Virus record (IMG/VR): IMGVR_UViG_3300013014_000020
Span: 1 to 64,000 of that record
DNA length: 64,000 bases
Origin: a virus
Direction: 5' to 3' (one strand)
A program made the translations under genes and the position numbers. The notes beneath the pieces are model-generated. The model made no database searches, was not told the origin of the DNA, and saw only the letters and a program-made list of their open reading frames with translations. Positions 43,786 through 54,000 of the stretch are shown here, in pieces; the stretch's first letter is position 1; each line of letters starts with the position of its first letter.

Positions 43786-46700
43786 TTATATTAAAATTGG
43801 GGTACCACTTTGGTTATATTCAAAATTTAAGTTAAATATTCTATAATAATCAGTTCTTGTTGGGTCTGGACTACCGTCACTTTTAATTGGGGTTGATTTC
43901 ACATCAAATTTTAAATAATACTTACCAACTTGATCATTAATTGGTTCTCCAAGACATGTTAATTGATCAAAAATTTCATTAAAAGTCATATTAAATGTTT
44001 GTCCATCACTTGATACATATTGTGTTCCAAGAGGAATAATTCCACTTCCAGCACAAATAGATGTTGATGCGTTCAAAATAAGTATATCAACATAAAATAT
44101 TTTTCTTTTGTCTGCTTTAGGGTTTAAACTAATTATTAAACCGTTTACAATGTTTCCAACACTAGCTGAAAGTAATTTTGGTTCAAATAAGAATATCGGA
44201 ATTTCTGGTTCTTGTGGTGGTTGTACAACTGGTTTTGGTTGATTACTCAAAACAAAACTAACAGCTTCTGAAACTTTTTGGATGTATTCTTTCTTAACTT
44301 GTTCAGTTAATGATACCCAAACATTTTTTTCAAACGGAAAATTATTAACAATAAATTCGGAAATAGCAACAATATATGATTGTATATTTGTTACAGAATC
44401 TGTTGGTATATTCACAATTTGTGAAACTAAAATTTTTTCTTTATACTTTTCACCCAAAAATCTTATATGTGAGTCAAAATCAGTAAACACAGCATGTGGT
44501 TTTTGACCGCTAGAATAATTTACACAAACATAACTATTATTGAAATAACTTTTTGATATTTCACCATAATTAAAATTCAAAGGTACTGAAGCAAAATTAT
44601 TATTGTAGCTTGATAAACTTTCACCATTTTTACTATTAAGATAAACTAATGAAAATAATGTATTAATAAACGCACTTATTTGTTGTGGTGGTGTTCCTTG
44701 TATTGCTGTTTGATTAATAATTTGTGTAATTTTATTATAAGCATCACCAATAGTTATTACTGTTTGAGTTGGTGTCGTTGCCGTATAACTTGTATAAGAA
44801 GGATTTAAACCAGTCGAGCAGTTTTGTACTTCACTTGCTTTTGGTTTACTATCTTCCTGTACTTTATTAGTTGCCGCAGAAGTTTCTTTTATTACGTTAT
44901 TTGTTTCTGTTGTTTTTTTAACTTCTTCTTCTTCTTTAATCCTCTCTTTAATTGTTGTAAGGATATTTGTACTTAATGATTGTAATAGTGAATCAATTGC
45001 TGGAATACTATAAAATGGTTGTCTTTGACCTTCTATTGAAGTATCGAAACCATTTTCACTAATTCTATGACTTACATTTGTAATCATATAAGGACCGCTA
45101 AACATTGGAATATTTCTAAGGTTAAAATACATTGTTGGTTGTATTAGGGCGCAACCCAACATATCAATAGAACATTTATAACTTCTATTTCTATATATGT
45201 TGTATAGCGAAACACTTTGTGAGGCACTTGTTCTATTTCTTGATTGGTTCGCCATTTGGTTTAACATCTCAAGAGATTCTGCTGTTGGTTTTCCGACATC
45301 TTGACCGATATCCAATTGTTTAAATATTTGTTGGTTTTGTGGTCCAAAGTCTACATTGAAACCAACTACTTTATTTGATTTATCCCAATTGGTTTTACCT
45401 TCTTGGTTTTCAATCAACGGATTGTCACTTGCTCTTCTCATGTCAAAAGCATCGTCTCTAAATCTATAATCAGCATTTTCATTCATTGCTAAATGTTGAC
45501 TAGTAGCATGCGCATACATTGCAACTATTTTTGATCCAGTTTCACGATAGTCAACAGTTGTGTGTGTCCCAAATAAAGTTTTGGCAAATTCTAAAGTGCC
45601 TTCCGGTCTTGGGTTTGGGTTTTTAGACACGTCTTGTACATTGTAGAAATTAGCATAAGCCGGTAAAATCCAATACGTAAATCTATTATCAGAAAAAATA
45701 GTATTAACAATCCCCAACATATTATTTGTGTGCTGCCATTGACTTATCCTATCTTTTAATAAAAATATATCAACAAATATTTTCTGTCCAACATCTCTAC
45801 TTGCTCTATCAACAATTAAAACATCTTCAAATAATGTTTTACTTCGTAGGTCCGCTCCGGCAATCCAAGAATCGTTCATACCTTTAAAGGCGTCCCACAT
45901 TTCATATCTTGATATTTCACCAAGATATTCTTTAAATTTAACCCCAGTTTGGTTTTGTTTAATGGATATGCTACCTAGTTTGTTTCTAACTGATGTTAAA
46001 GTATTATCTAAAATTAAATTCAAATATGTTTCACCATCCCTTATGTAACTATTCATAAGACCAAAAAACTTATTCATTGTTAAAGTTGGGTCTTTTAATT
46101 TTTGTGTTGCATACAATTTAATCATTGGAGCATAAAATTTCACATTATTTTCTGTGAACTCCATATCCATATCAATAAAGAAATCTGTAATATATGAACC
46201 ATTATTTGTATATTCTAATTCTGGTATTTCAGAAAAACCAACATAGGTTTCTAATGCTTTCCAAGTTTCTGGACTTTGTGTTTTAGATTGTGCTAATGTA
46301 ATTGTGCCTCCTTGTGTTGGTAATAAACCAGGTGAATTTTGTACATAACCGGCCCAGGTGTAAGGATCTTGTATAAAATCTGTTGAAAACGTGTAAAACA
46401 TTTTTTTATCAAAATTAGATGGATTACCGTATTTGAATACAACTTGGTAGTCCATAAATGTTTCAATTGTTTTTTGAAAAGACTTTTTTTGGTTTTCTGT
46501 TATTTCATTTATTAATGCACTTCCGGTTAAACCTTCTGGATTAATCGTCTTAAACATTGTTTTCATCAAGCCTTGGAAATTTTCATATGTTTCTTCAACA
46601 GTGATTTCATCTTCCCTTGGTTGTAAATTACTCTCAAAGTCATAAACAGACGTACTAAACAATAAAAATTGTTTTTCAAATTGATCTAATATTTCTGGTG

Positions 46701-49700
46701 TAAATGTTGTAAATAATTCACTTATTTTTGAATATTTTGTTGGGTCTCCGAAAATTCCAAAGTTTTGTTGCTCTTCTTCGTTTGTAAAAATTTCTCTTAT
46801 GTATTCGTCTGGTTGTGGTTTTGCTAATTTTGAATTATCAAAATAACCGTAGTTTGGCGCTTTCCAGAATAATCTTACAGCTCCATTGTGGAGTGCAGGA
46901 TTATTACTTATATTAATTTTCATACTACCATTATTATTAAAACATTCTTGTTTTGCTTGGTTAACATTTGAACCAAAAGATGGTAGAGCGTAAATGGATT
47001 TTTTATCTGGTGTAAGGGTATAACAACTCCAAGGAAGACAAATTAATGAACTGTTAGGTGAAAGAATCCCAGGTCCTTCATTAATTAAGGCACTAGTTGT
47101 TGGGATCATTCTAAAGTTTTCACTTAATGCGTTTTGTATACTTGAATTTTGGTAGCCGGGTATTGGTTTATTTGTAACAATAAATGGTTGTGCCACGGTT
47201 GGTGGTGAAACAACAACACCTTGTACTGGACTTATTATGTATGTTCCGGTACTTCCGGTTGCGCCAGCTAATTGTTGTATTATTGTTGTTCCTGGAGCTA
47301 AAGTTGACCCAGACAAAACTAATCCAGGTTCTAAAGCGATAAAGTTTAACGAAACAACCTCCAAAGTATTACCTGTAACATAATACGTTCCTTCAATGTT
47401 TGTGGTTTGACTAAATAATTTTGTCCCTTTAAAGAAGACGTGAAAATCATCAAGTAATTTAGGATAAAATCCAGTATTAATAATTGTTTTTTGATTTAAT
47501 CCTAATGTGTTAACACCATCTAATACGATATCATAATTGGTGCCATCAACTTGTAAATTATATTGTGTTGTTGTCGATGAAAATGCCGGATCATAATTAC
47601 CAATATAATCTGTGTTATCCCAAATTCCGTCTAAAATATCAACACCATCCAGTTTGAATTTCTTATATCTATGCCAAATTCCACCATACTTTAAAACCCA
47701 AGCATATGGTACTTCGTGAATTGCTCCGAATTTTTTTAATGAAGGAAGTATATAACTATTTGTTATTACAGAACCATCTGAATTATATGTCTTATATTTA
47801 TCTCTTAATGTTGCCAGCGGTAAACTATTTAAAAATAAATAAGCCGCTGCCTTATACGGTGATTTTTCAATTAAACTATATCTAAATTCATATAAACCTT
47901 TTTGGATTGCGTTTGTAAAATATGGTGTATTAAATAATGATGTTGTTTGTCTTGCAACAAGTTTACCGTCATAATTTTCATAAACAACATCTCCTTCGGT
48001 TGTATATTGTTCTTTAATTTTTCTTTCTTTGTAGAAAGTTTCTAAATTTTGTAAATTAAGTGTTTGATCAAAAACACTAGTTTTATAGTTAAAGTTAACA
48101 ATAGGTAAAAGGTTGTCTTTGTTTTTTACAAGTTTAATAGATTTGTTATACTCTAACGTATCGCTTGTTTTAAACACATCTACCTTTGATTGGATTGCTT
48201 TGCCATTTGCTAAGTGGTCTTTACACCAATCTAAATCAGTTAGTGGGTATAAATCAGTAAAATCATAATCATCATTTATAACAGACCCACCAAAATAATT
48301 TATTACTGGTTGTTCATTTGTTAAACCAACATTTGGTAGTGCTTTGTCTTCATCTAATATTGATCCTTTATACATAAAAAATGAAACGTCCGTATCGTTT
48401 TTCAAATATGGTGTATTAATAATTCCACGAATAAAGTTTTGCCAACTTTGTCCCTCACCTTGATTTGATATATGTCTTAAAAATCCAGGATAAATTGATG
48501 CGTTTATATTATATTGTTTTAATTTTTGAGTTATAAATGGATTGTCATCACTTATTGCTTTAAGTATGTCTGTTGTTTCTGACTCACCAACATATTGTTG
48601 TACATTATTATCCTTAATACTTTTTCGATTAAATTTGGAATAAAATGAATTTACAAACATTCTTTCATAAATTTCATAGAAGAATTTTACCTCTTCGGTA
48701 TTTTGATAAACGTCATTTCCAATTGTAAATTCGGTAGCATTAAAACTAAACCTATTTGGTCTTTCTAAAAAATTACCAGTTGGTCCATTATCAAATTTTG
48801 GTGGGCTAACTTGTGTATAACCTCTTAAAAATTCTTCAACAAATTGTACTTCTGGCCAAATTTCTGGATTATACGCGTTAAACTGTAACGCTAAGTCATC
48901 ATCACCGGGATATGCTAATTCGTATTTTTCTTTACCTTCTTCAAGTGAAGACTTTATAATTTGTGGCCAAGGATAAATCGGTGAATCTAATTCGGCATTT
49001 TTATAATCAACACTTTGTACTGTAAGACTTGTGTTAAAAACTGCCTTTTTTCTGTTTGCGTCGTCTCTTAAATCCCAAGCTTTTGTGTGAACATCATCCA
49101 TCATTCTTAAAAAAGCTTCACCTTGCGCAAAAAATACCGCTAAAACATTTCTAATTGTTGGTTGAAAACCTAATCCATTTGTTGGACTGGAAAACTCGGC
49201 TTGAATTTCTTTAGTTATATTTTCTTCAATTTCTTTTTTCTTTATTTCATATTTTTCTTGGATTTTTTTAATCAAATCTTTATATGATTTTGGTCCTTCA
49301 AAATATGTTAAACCAGGATATTCCCCAACATTTGAGTAATCGGTAATTTCTTTGTTTAGATCATTTCTATATTTAATATATTCTTCACTGGTACTTAAAC
49401 CAGAAAATGTTTGTCCAATTCTTTTTTTGTATGTTTCAGATATATTAATATCACCAATATTTACGTTTTGGAAAAACGTACCTATAGTAATTGGTATTGG
49501 TATGTCTTTACCGATAGCAGAATTTGATAATAATATATTATTATATTTTTTTATAATTCCATCTAAATCTGTGATTGCTTTTGATTTTTGTTGAGCATCA
49601 TTAAATTCTGGTTTGTATTTATAAAGAACTGTTTTTTCTTTGTTGTTTTTTATAAAAACATTTTCATCGTCAAACCATCTTCCTTTCCAAGAATTAACAC

Positions 49701-50766
49701 CAGAATACAAATATATTTCACTGGTGTATTCACCTAGCTTAATCAAATAATCCTCAAGTTTATTTAAAACATCTAAATTTTTTTTCTTAAACTTTTCTTC
49801 AATTGCTGTTATTAATTTTTCTAATTTTTCCTTTAATTGTAATATTGTTATTTCTGGAAAATTATCATCGATTAACCCTTTTGATTTATATTCAGAATAA
49901 AGTTCTTTCATTTTCTGAAGACCTAAACTACTTGTAACTGTTTCAGTTTTTGAGTTGCCTCCACTTGAATTTGTTGTTACTGTTGTTGGTTTTGTTATTG
50001 AAAGTTGGTACATAGAAGGAACAGCATACATTGCGGCCCAACTTACCTGACTCATAATTGTATATTTGTAAGTATAAAACTGACAGTTGATTCTAAAGTT
50101 ATGTGATGAAGGATCAAAAGAGCTTGTAAACGAATGTAACATCAATGGAAGTCTTATTGCTTTACCTAAATAACCTTTTATTGTTAAATAGAAAACAGGA
50201 TAAGGTAACTGAAAAAATGCGGCATAAGGTGAATTGTTTCCGGCTTCAAATAATGCTCTACCTTTAATGTCTTCAAATGTTATACTAATTACTGGTAAAA
50301 AATCTAAACCATAGTCAATATTTATTTGAGTTATACCAAGTAGTCCATTATCGATAGCACCTTCAACGCCGTTTGAATATAAACTTTGATTAATATAATA
50401 ATCATCAGATAAGTTTGGGTTTTGAGTTACCGTAATTTTTGGTTGGTTCACACCCTTACCTTCTATTGTTCCTTTACCGGTTAATTCGTCAGACCAATTA
50501 GTATCTAAAAATTGTTTAAATCCTGGGTTCAAAAAATTAATCTTTCCAACAGATACTGTTTTTACAGCTTCATTTGCTGGAACACCAACGGCTAATTTAG
50601 TTCTTGGTATTACCGAACATTCAAGGTTGGCATACATTACCAAATCTTCCTGTCTAATTAACCTATCTTTAACATTCCCATCGTTATCTATTACTTTGTT
50701 TGGGTCTATTACTGATATATTTTGGTAATCAAATTCAACTAATATGTTTTCTGAGTTATCTTCCAT
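43786..50766 (-). CDS. giant baseplate hub protein (gp27/gpD-like core with large insertions)
   Basis: LGITQINI...ITFEDIKG near the N-terminus; YKCSIDMLGCALIQP...FSGPYMITNVSHRISENGFDTSIEG hub-type motif; follows the LysM gene. Confidence 0.7.
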   Translation of the reverse strand: MEDNSENILVEFDYQNISVIDPNKVIDNDGNVKDRLIRQEDLVMYANLECSVIPRTKLAVGVPANEAVKTVSVGKINFLNPGFKQFLDTNWSDELTGKGTIEGKGVNQPKITVTQNPNLSDDYYINQSLYSNGVEGAIDNGLLGITQINIDYGLDFLPVISITFEDIKGRALFEAGNNSPYAAFFQLPYPVFYLTIKGYLGKAIRLPLMLHSFTSSFDPSSHNFRINCQFYTYKYTIMSQVSWAAMYAVPSMYQLSITKPTTVTTNSSGGNSKTETVTSSLGLQKMKELYSEYKSKGLIDDNFPEITILQLKEKLEKLITAIEEKFKKKNLDVLNKLEDYLIKLGEYTSEIYLYSGVNSWKGRWFDDENVFIKNNKEKTVLYKYKPEFNDAQQKSKAITDLDGIIKKYNNILLSNSAIGKDIPIPITIGTFFQNVNIGDINISETYKKRIGQTFSGLSTSEEYIKYRNDLNKEITDYSNVGEYPGLTYFEGPKSYKDLIKKIQEKYEIKKKEIEENITKEIQAEFSSPTNGLGFQPTIRNVLAVFFAQGEAFLRMMDDVHTKAWDLRDDANRKKAVFNTSLTVQSVDYKNAELDSPIYPWPQIIKSSLEEGKEKYELAYPGDDDLALQFNAYNPEIWPEVQFVEEFLRGYTQVSPPKFDNGPTGNFLERPNRFSFNATEFTIGNDVYQNTEEVKFFYEIYERMFVNSFYSKFNRKSIKDNNVQQYVGESETTDILKAISDDNPFITQKLKQYNINASIYPGFLRHISNQGEGQSWQNFIRGIINTPYLKNDTDVSFFMYKGSILDEDKALPNVGLTNEQPVINYFGGSVINDDYDFTDLYPLTDLDWCKDHLANGKAIQSKVDVFKTSDTLEYNKSIKLVKNKDNLLPIVNFNYKTSVFDQTLNLQNLETFYKERKIKEQYTTEGDVVYENYDGKLVARQTTSLFNTPYFTNAIQKGLYEFRYSLIEKSPYKAAAYLFLNSLPLATLRDKYKTYNSDGSVITNSYILPSLKKFGAIHEVPYAWVLKYGGIWHRYKKFKLDGVDILDGIWDNTDYIGNYDPAFSSTTTQYNLQVDGTNYDIVLDGVNTLGLNQKTIINTGFYPKLLDDFHVFFKGTKLFSQTTNIEGTYYVTGNTLEVVSLNFIALEPGLVLSGSTLAPGTTIIQQLAGATGSTGTYIISPVQGVVVSPPTVAQPFIVTNKPIPGYQNSSIQNALSENFRMIPTTSALINEGPGILSPNSSLICLPWSCYTLTPDKKSIYALPSFGSNVNQAKQECFNNNGSMKINISNNPALHNGAVRLFWKAPNYGYFDNSKLAKPQPDEYIREIFTNEEEQQNFGIFGDPTKYSKISELFTTFTPEILDQFEKQFLLFSTSVYDFESNLQPREDEITVEETYENFQGLMKTMFKTINPEGLTGSALINEITENQKKSFQKTIETFMDYQVVFKYGNPSNFDKKMFYTFSTDFIQDPYTWAGYVQNSPGLLPTQGGTITLAQSKTQSPETWKALETYVGFSEIPELEYTNNGSYITDFFIDMDMEFTENNVKFYAPMIKLYATQKLKDPTLTMNKFFGLMNSYIRDGETYLNLILDNTLTSVRNKLGSISIKQNQTGVKFKEYLGEISRYEMWDAFKGMNDSWIAGADLRSKTLFEDVLIVDRASRDVGQKIFVDIFLLKDRISQWQHTNNMLGIVNTIFSDNRFTYWILPAYANFYNVQDVSKNPNPRPEGTLEFAKTLFGTHTTVDYRETGSKIVAMYAHATSQHLAMNENADYRFRDDAFDMRRASDNPLIENQEGKTNWDKSNKVVGFNVDFGPQNQQIFKQLDIGQDVGKPTAESLEMLNQMANQSRNRTSASQSVSLYNIYRNRSYKCSIDMLGCALIQPTMYFNLRNIPMFSGPYMITNVSHRISENGFDTSIEGQRQPFYSIPAIDSLLQSLSTNILTTIKERIKEEEEVKKTTETNNVIKETSAATNKVQEDSKPKASEVQNCSTGLNPSYTSYTATTPTQTVITIGDAYNKITQIINQTAIQGTPPQQISAFINTLFSLVYLNSKNGESLSSYNNNFASVPLNFNYGEISKSYFNNSYVCVNYSSGQKPHAVFTDFDSHIRFLGEKYKEKILVSQIVNIPTDSVTNIQSYIVAISEFIVNNFPFEKNVWVSLTEQVKKEYIQKVSEAVSFVLSNQPKPVVQPPQEPEIPIFLFEPKLLSASVGNIVNGLIISLNPKADKRKIFYVDILILNASTSICAGSGIIPLGTQYVSSDGQTFNMTFNEIFDQLTCLGEPINDQVGKYYLKFDVKSTPIKSDGSPDPTRTDYYRIFNLNFEYNQSGTPILI

Positions 50767-51079
50767 AGTATAGGAAATGGTTATCTATTGCACTTTTATA
50801 TTCCTGTACAGAAGTTAGTAGCGGATATGGAATTGTCAATACAGCACCATCTGGTATATTAGTTTCCATACCGGTATATCTTGGGTTTGCTTGCATAATT
50901 AACCAACCAAATAGCGGACTATTATAATATTGTTGTGAAATTTTATCTAATCTTGATTGGCCAAATCTATATATATGTTTCTTATCAGATGATTTACTGG
51001 CCACATTTACGTATGGTACAACAGTCTGTTGACCATTTTGCAAAAACATTGCATACCTATTATAATATTGTTGTGTCAT
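50756..51079 (-). CDS. LysM/tail X (gp53-like) baseplate protein
   Basis: RLDKISQQYYNSPLFGWLIMQANP...IPDGAVLTIP. Confidence 0.85.
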   Translation of the reverse strand: MTQQYYNRYAMFLQNGQQTVVPYVNVASKSSDKKHIYRFGQSRLDKISQQYYNSPLFGWLIMQANPRYTGMETNIPDGAVLTIPYPLLTSVQEYKSAIDNHFLYYGR

Positions 51080-51080
51080 A

Positions 51081-54000
51081 TTAATTAAATGTTATTTTAT
51101 CATTAAAGTTATTATCATTATTTATATTATTATCAGAATATGTTTTTTTCAATAATTTTTCATTATCTTTATAGTTATTATCTTTTTCAGTTGAGTATTT
51201 CATTTTAGTTTCAAATGGTTCAATTTTGTAATTTTTAAAAGTTTGATATGTCGGACTAGTTTCAAAATCGGTTAAAATTTTTGTTTCAGCATTTTTTTCT
51301 TTAATAAAAAGAGTTTTAAGTTCTTCACAAACATTACGAATATCTTCTTCCATTAATGTGTTTTTCTTAACAAGTTCTGTCATTAAACTTTCAACAAATG
51401 GTTGGTATTTTGCATCATCAGTGAAAATATTTGACATACATAGATAGAATCTTTCGTCTTCTACGGTGTCAAATTCTAGTCTTAATATTGGTACAAAACT
51501 ATAATCTTCTGTTACTACCTCTTCATCTAAAACCTTATTTAATGTAAGTCCACTAAGATATTCATCTAATCTATAACCTATATTAGTTTGATAGTTTTCT
51601 GCAACTAACTCAAATGGTGTTGGATTTGGTGATGGTGTTGGTGGTTGTAAATTATAAACAACATATTTACCGGTATCTAACTTAAAACCATCAACTTTAT
51701 GATTAACTAAATCTAATTTTCTAAAGGTTTGTACATAATTTTCTTGGTATTTTGTAATTTCATTTTGTGGTCCTATAAGTGCCTCATTTAATTCATCTAA
51801 TCTTTCTGTTATTATATCAATTAATTTATTTTTAAGTTGTCTAATTGCTGAATCTGGATATCCATTTGTACTCTTTTTAACTTTTAAAATAATTGGGTTT
51901 TTATCGTCTTTTACATCATTTCTAGCTTGTCTAATAATGTTTTCAACGTCATCTTCAACTTTTGTTGGTTTTCCAAAAATTTCAGTTAATACTTTATCAG
52001 GATCATATTGTGCTAAAGTTCCTGAAAAATATTTTACATTTTTATATAGGTATTGTATAAAGCCATAGTTTGTAACATTGTTTACAGTTTTTAACTGATC
52101 AAAAATTGTTATAAAATAATTTTTAGTGTTATCTGATAATTCTTTAAAGATGTCGGTGTATTCTATTTCACCTTCCTCATACTCACCATTATCAAATGAT
52201 ATTGTACTCAAAATTTTACCAATAGTTGAACCGCCATTGTTATTAATAATGTCTGGTACATCAGCACTAGTTGTTTGAATTGGTGGTGGTGGTGTTTCCT
52301 TAACCGAAAGTAGTTTCTTTGCAAAGTCTTCGTCGTTCTTTTTTCCACTTTGATCTGTCGCAACAGCTCTATCATCATATATTTCAGTATTAGCATAAAA
52401 ATTAAATGATAATGCATTTTGTAATTGTGCGACAGGTTCCGCTAACCCGTGTCCACCAATAAAATCAAAACTCAATGAAACTTTAGCAATCATTGGTTGC
52501 ACCCCAATTCCTTCTGGGTTAATATCATATATTAATGGGTCATAAGTTATTTGTAGTTGTGTTGGTACTATTTTAGTGTGATAAAAATCACCAACTCTCA
52601 ATACTAATATTGGTGGTGTTCCAAATGATGTATTCCTTGCGTCGTTATATTTTGGTTTACCGTCTGGACCAATTACCGGTATTGTTTCACCCGGTCTAAC
52701 ACATTGATTAAGAAATGTTAATCTAGAATTTAAACCTTCTGGTGTTGTTGAGTGGAACGCCGGATGGAAATACTTTATCTTGTCTTGGATGCTTGCAAGA
52801 ACCATTGGTTGATCTTCTTTTATTAAATCAAAATAATCGCATTCAGAAAATAAAAATCTTAATACTTTTTTAGAAATACCTTCTTTTAATTTTTTTGCAG
52901 GATCAATTGGTCTTGTCGTCACGGGTGTTACAACAACATCTTCGATTGGTGGGTCACCACAATTATTTTCACAATCCGTTAAGCCGCTAAACGGTGCTGT
53001 TGGGTCATCAGTTTCAATACAAATACCATTTACACACTTATATCTTTTATTTACCTGTGGTGTTATTGGTATCGGTGACGGTGACGGTGTTGGGGGTATC
53101 GGTGAAGGTGCTGGTGTTGGGGGTGGTTTTGGTTTTGTAACCGAAATTTTATTAATACCGACTCTACGACAAACCATAGCTGGAACACTATACCATTGAG
53201 AATTGTTTGTAACAGCATTTAAATTAACATCTTTAATATTGTTAGTACAATTAACACCTTTTCCGGCACCATTATTTGTTTGTGGTATTATATACTGTTC
53301 ACCACTTGCAGTATATTTAAATTTAACTTTACCTTGACTTTGTAATGTAGCCATTGTGTCATTACCAAGTTTTTGTTTTAAAAACCATTTTTTTACAGAA
53401 TCATTTCTTCTTTGTGATAAATTATTATTATACCCAACTGAAGCTGGGGCTGACGCTGATCCTTGTAATTCTAAAACTACGGTACCACCTTGATCTATAA
53501 TTATTTCTTTAAGTTTTGGTAAAAGTTCATCTTTAATTTTTTTAAAGTTGCCAATAATTACTTGGTCAAAAAATGGTATTACTTCTGCTCTTGTGAATAC
53601 ATCACCACCACTACTTACTTTTAAAGGTGCTGAACTTGTATTATAGACAGTTTTTCTTCCTAAATAAACATCGTACCAATATTGATAATCTTGACTATTA
53701 GGTACTGTTGTTTCCCAGCTTCCAGATCCAAATGGATAATCATTGTCAAAATAAAAGGCATATCCTTCCCATTCTGTTAATTCGGTATTGGTGATTTCTT
53801 GTTCTTTATTCGGTACAGCATTTGTGTTTGATGTGCTATTACTATTGTTTTCTGAAACGTTAACAGCATTACCTGTATTGGCAATAATAGGATTGTCACC
53901 ACCACCAGAAGACGCATCAATTTGTGGTTCTGGATTTACTGGTATTTCATCTAACACACCATATTTTTCTTCGTCTGTAAGTCTTGGGTCTGCTAATAAT

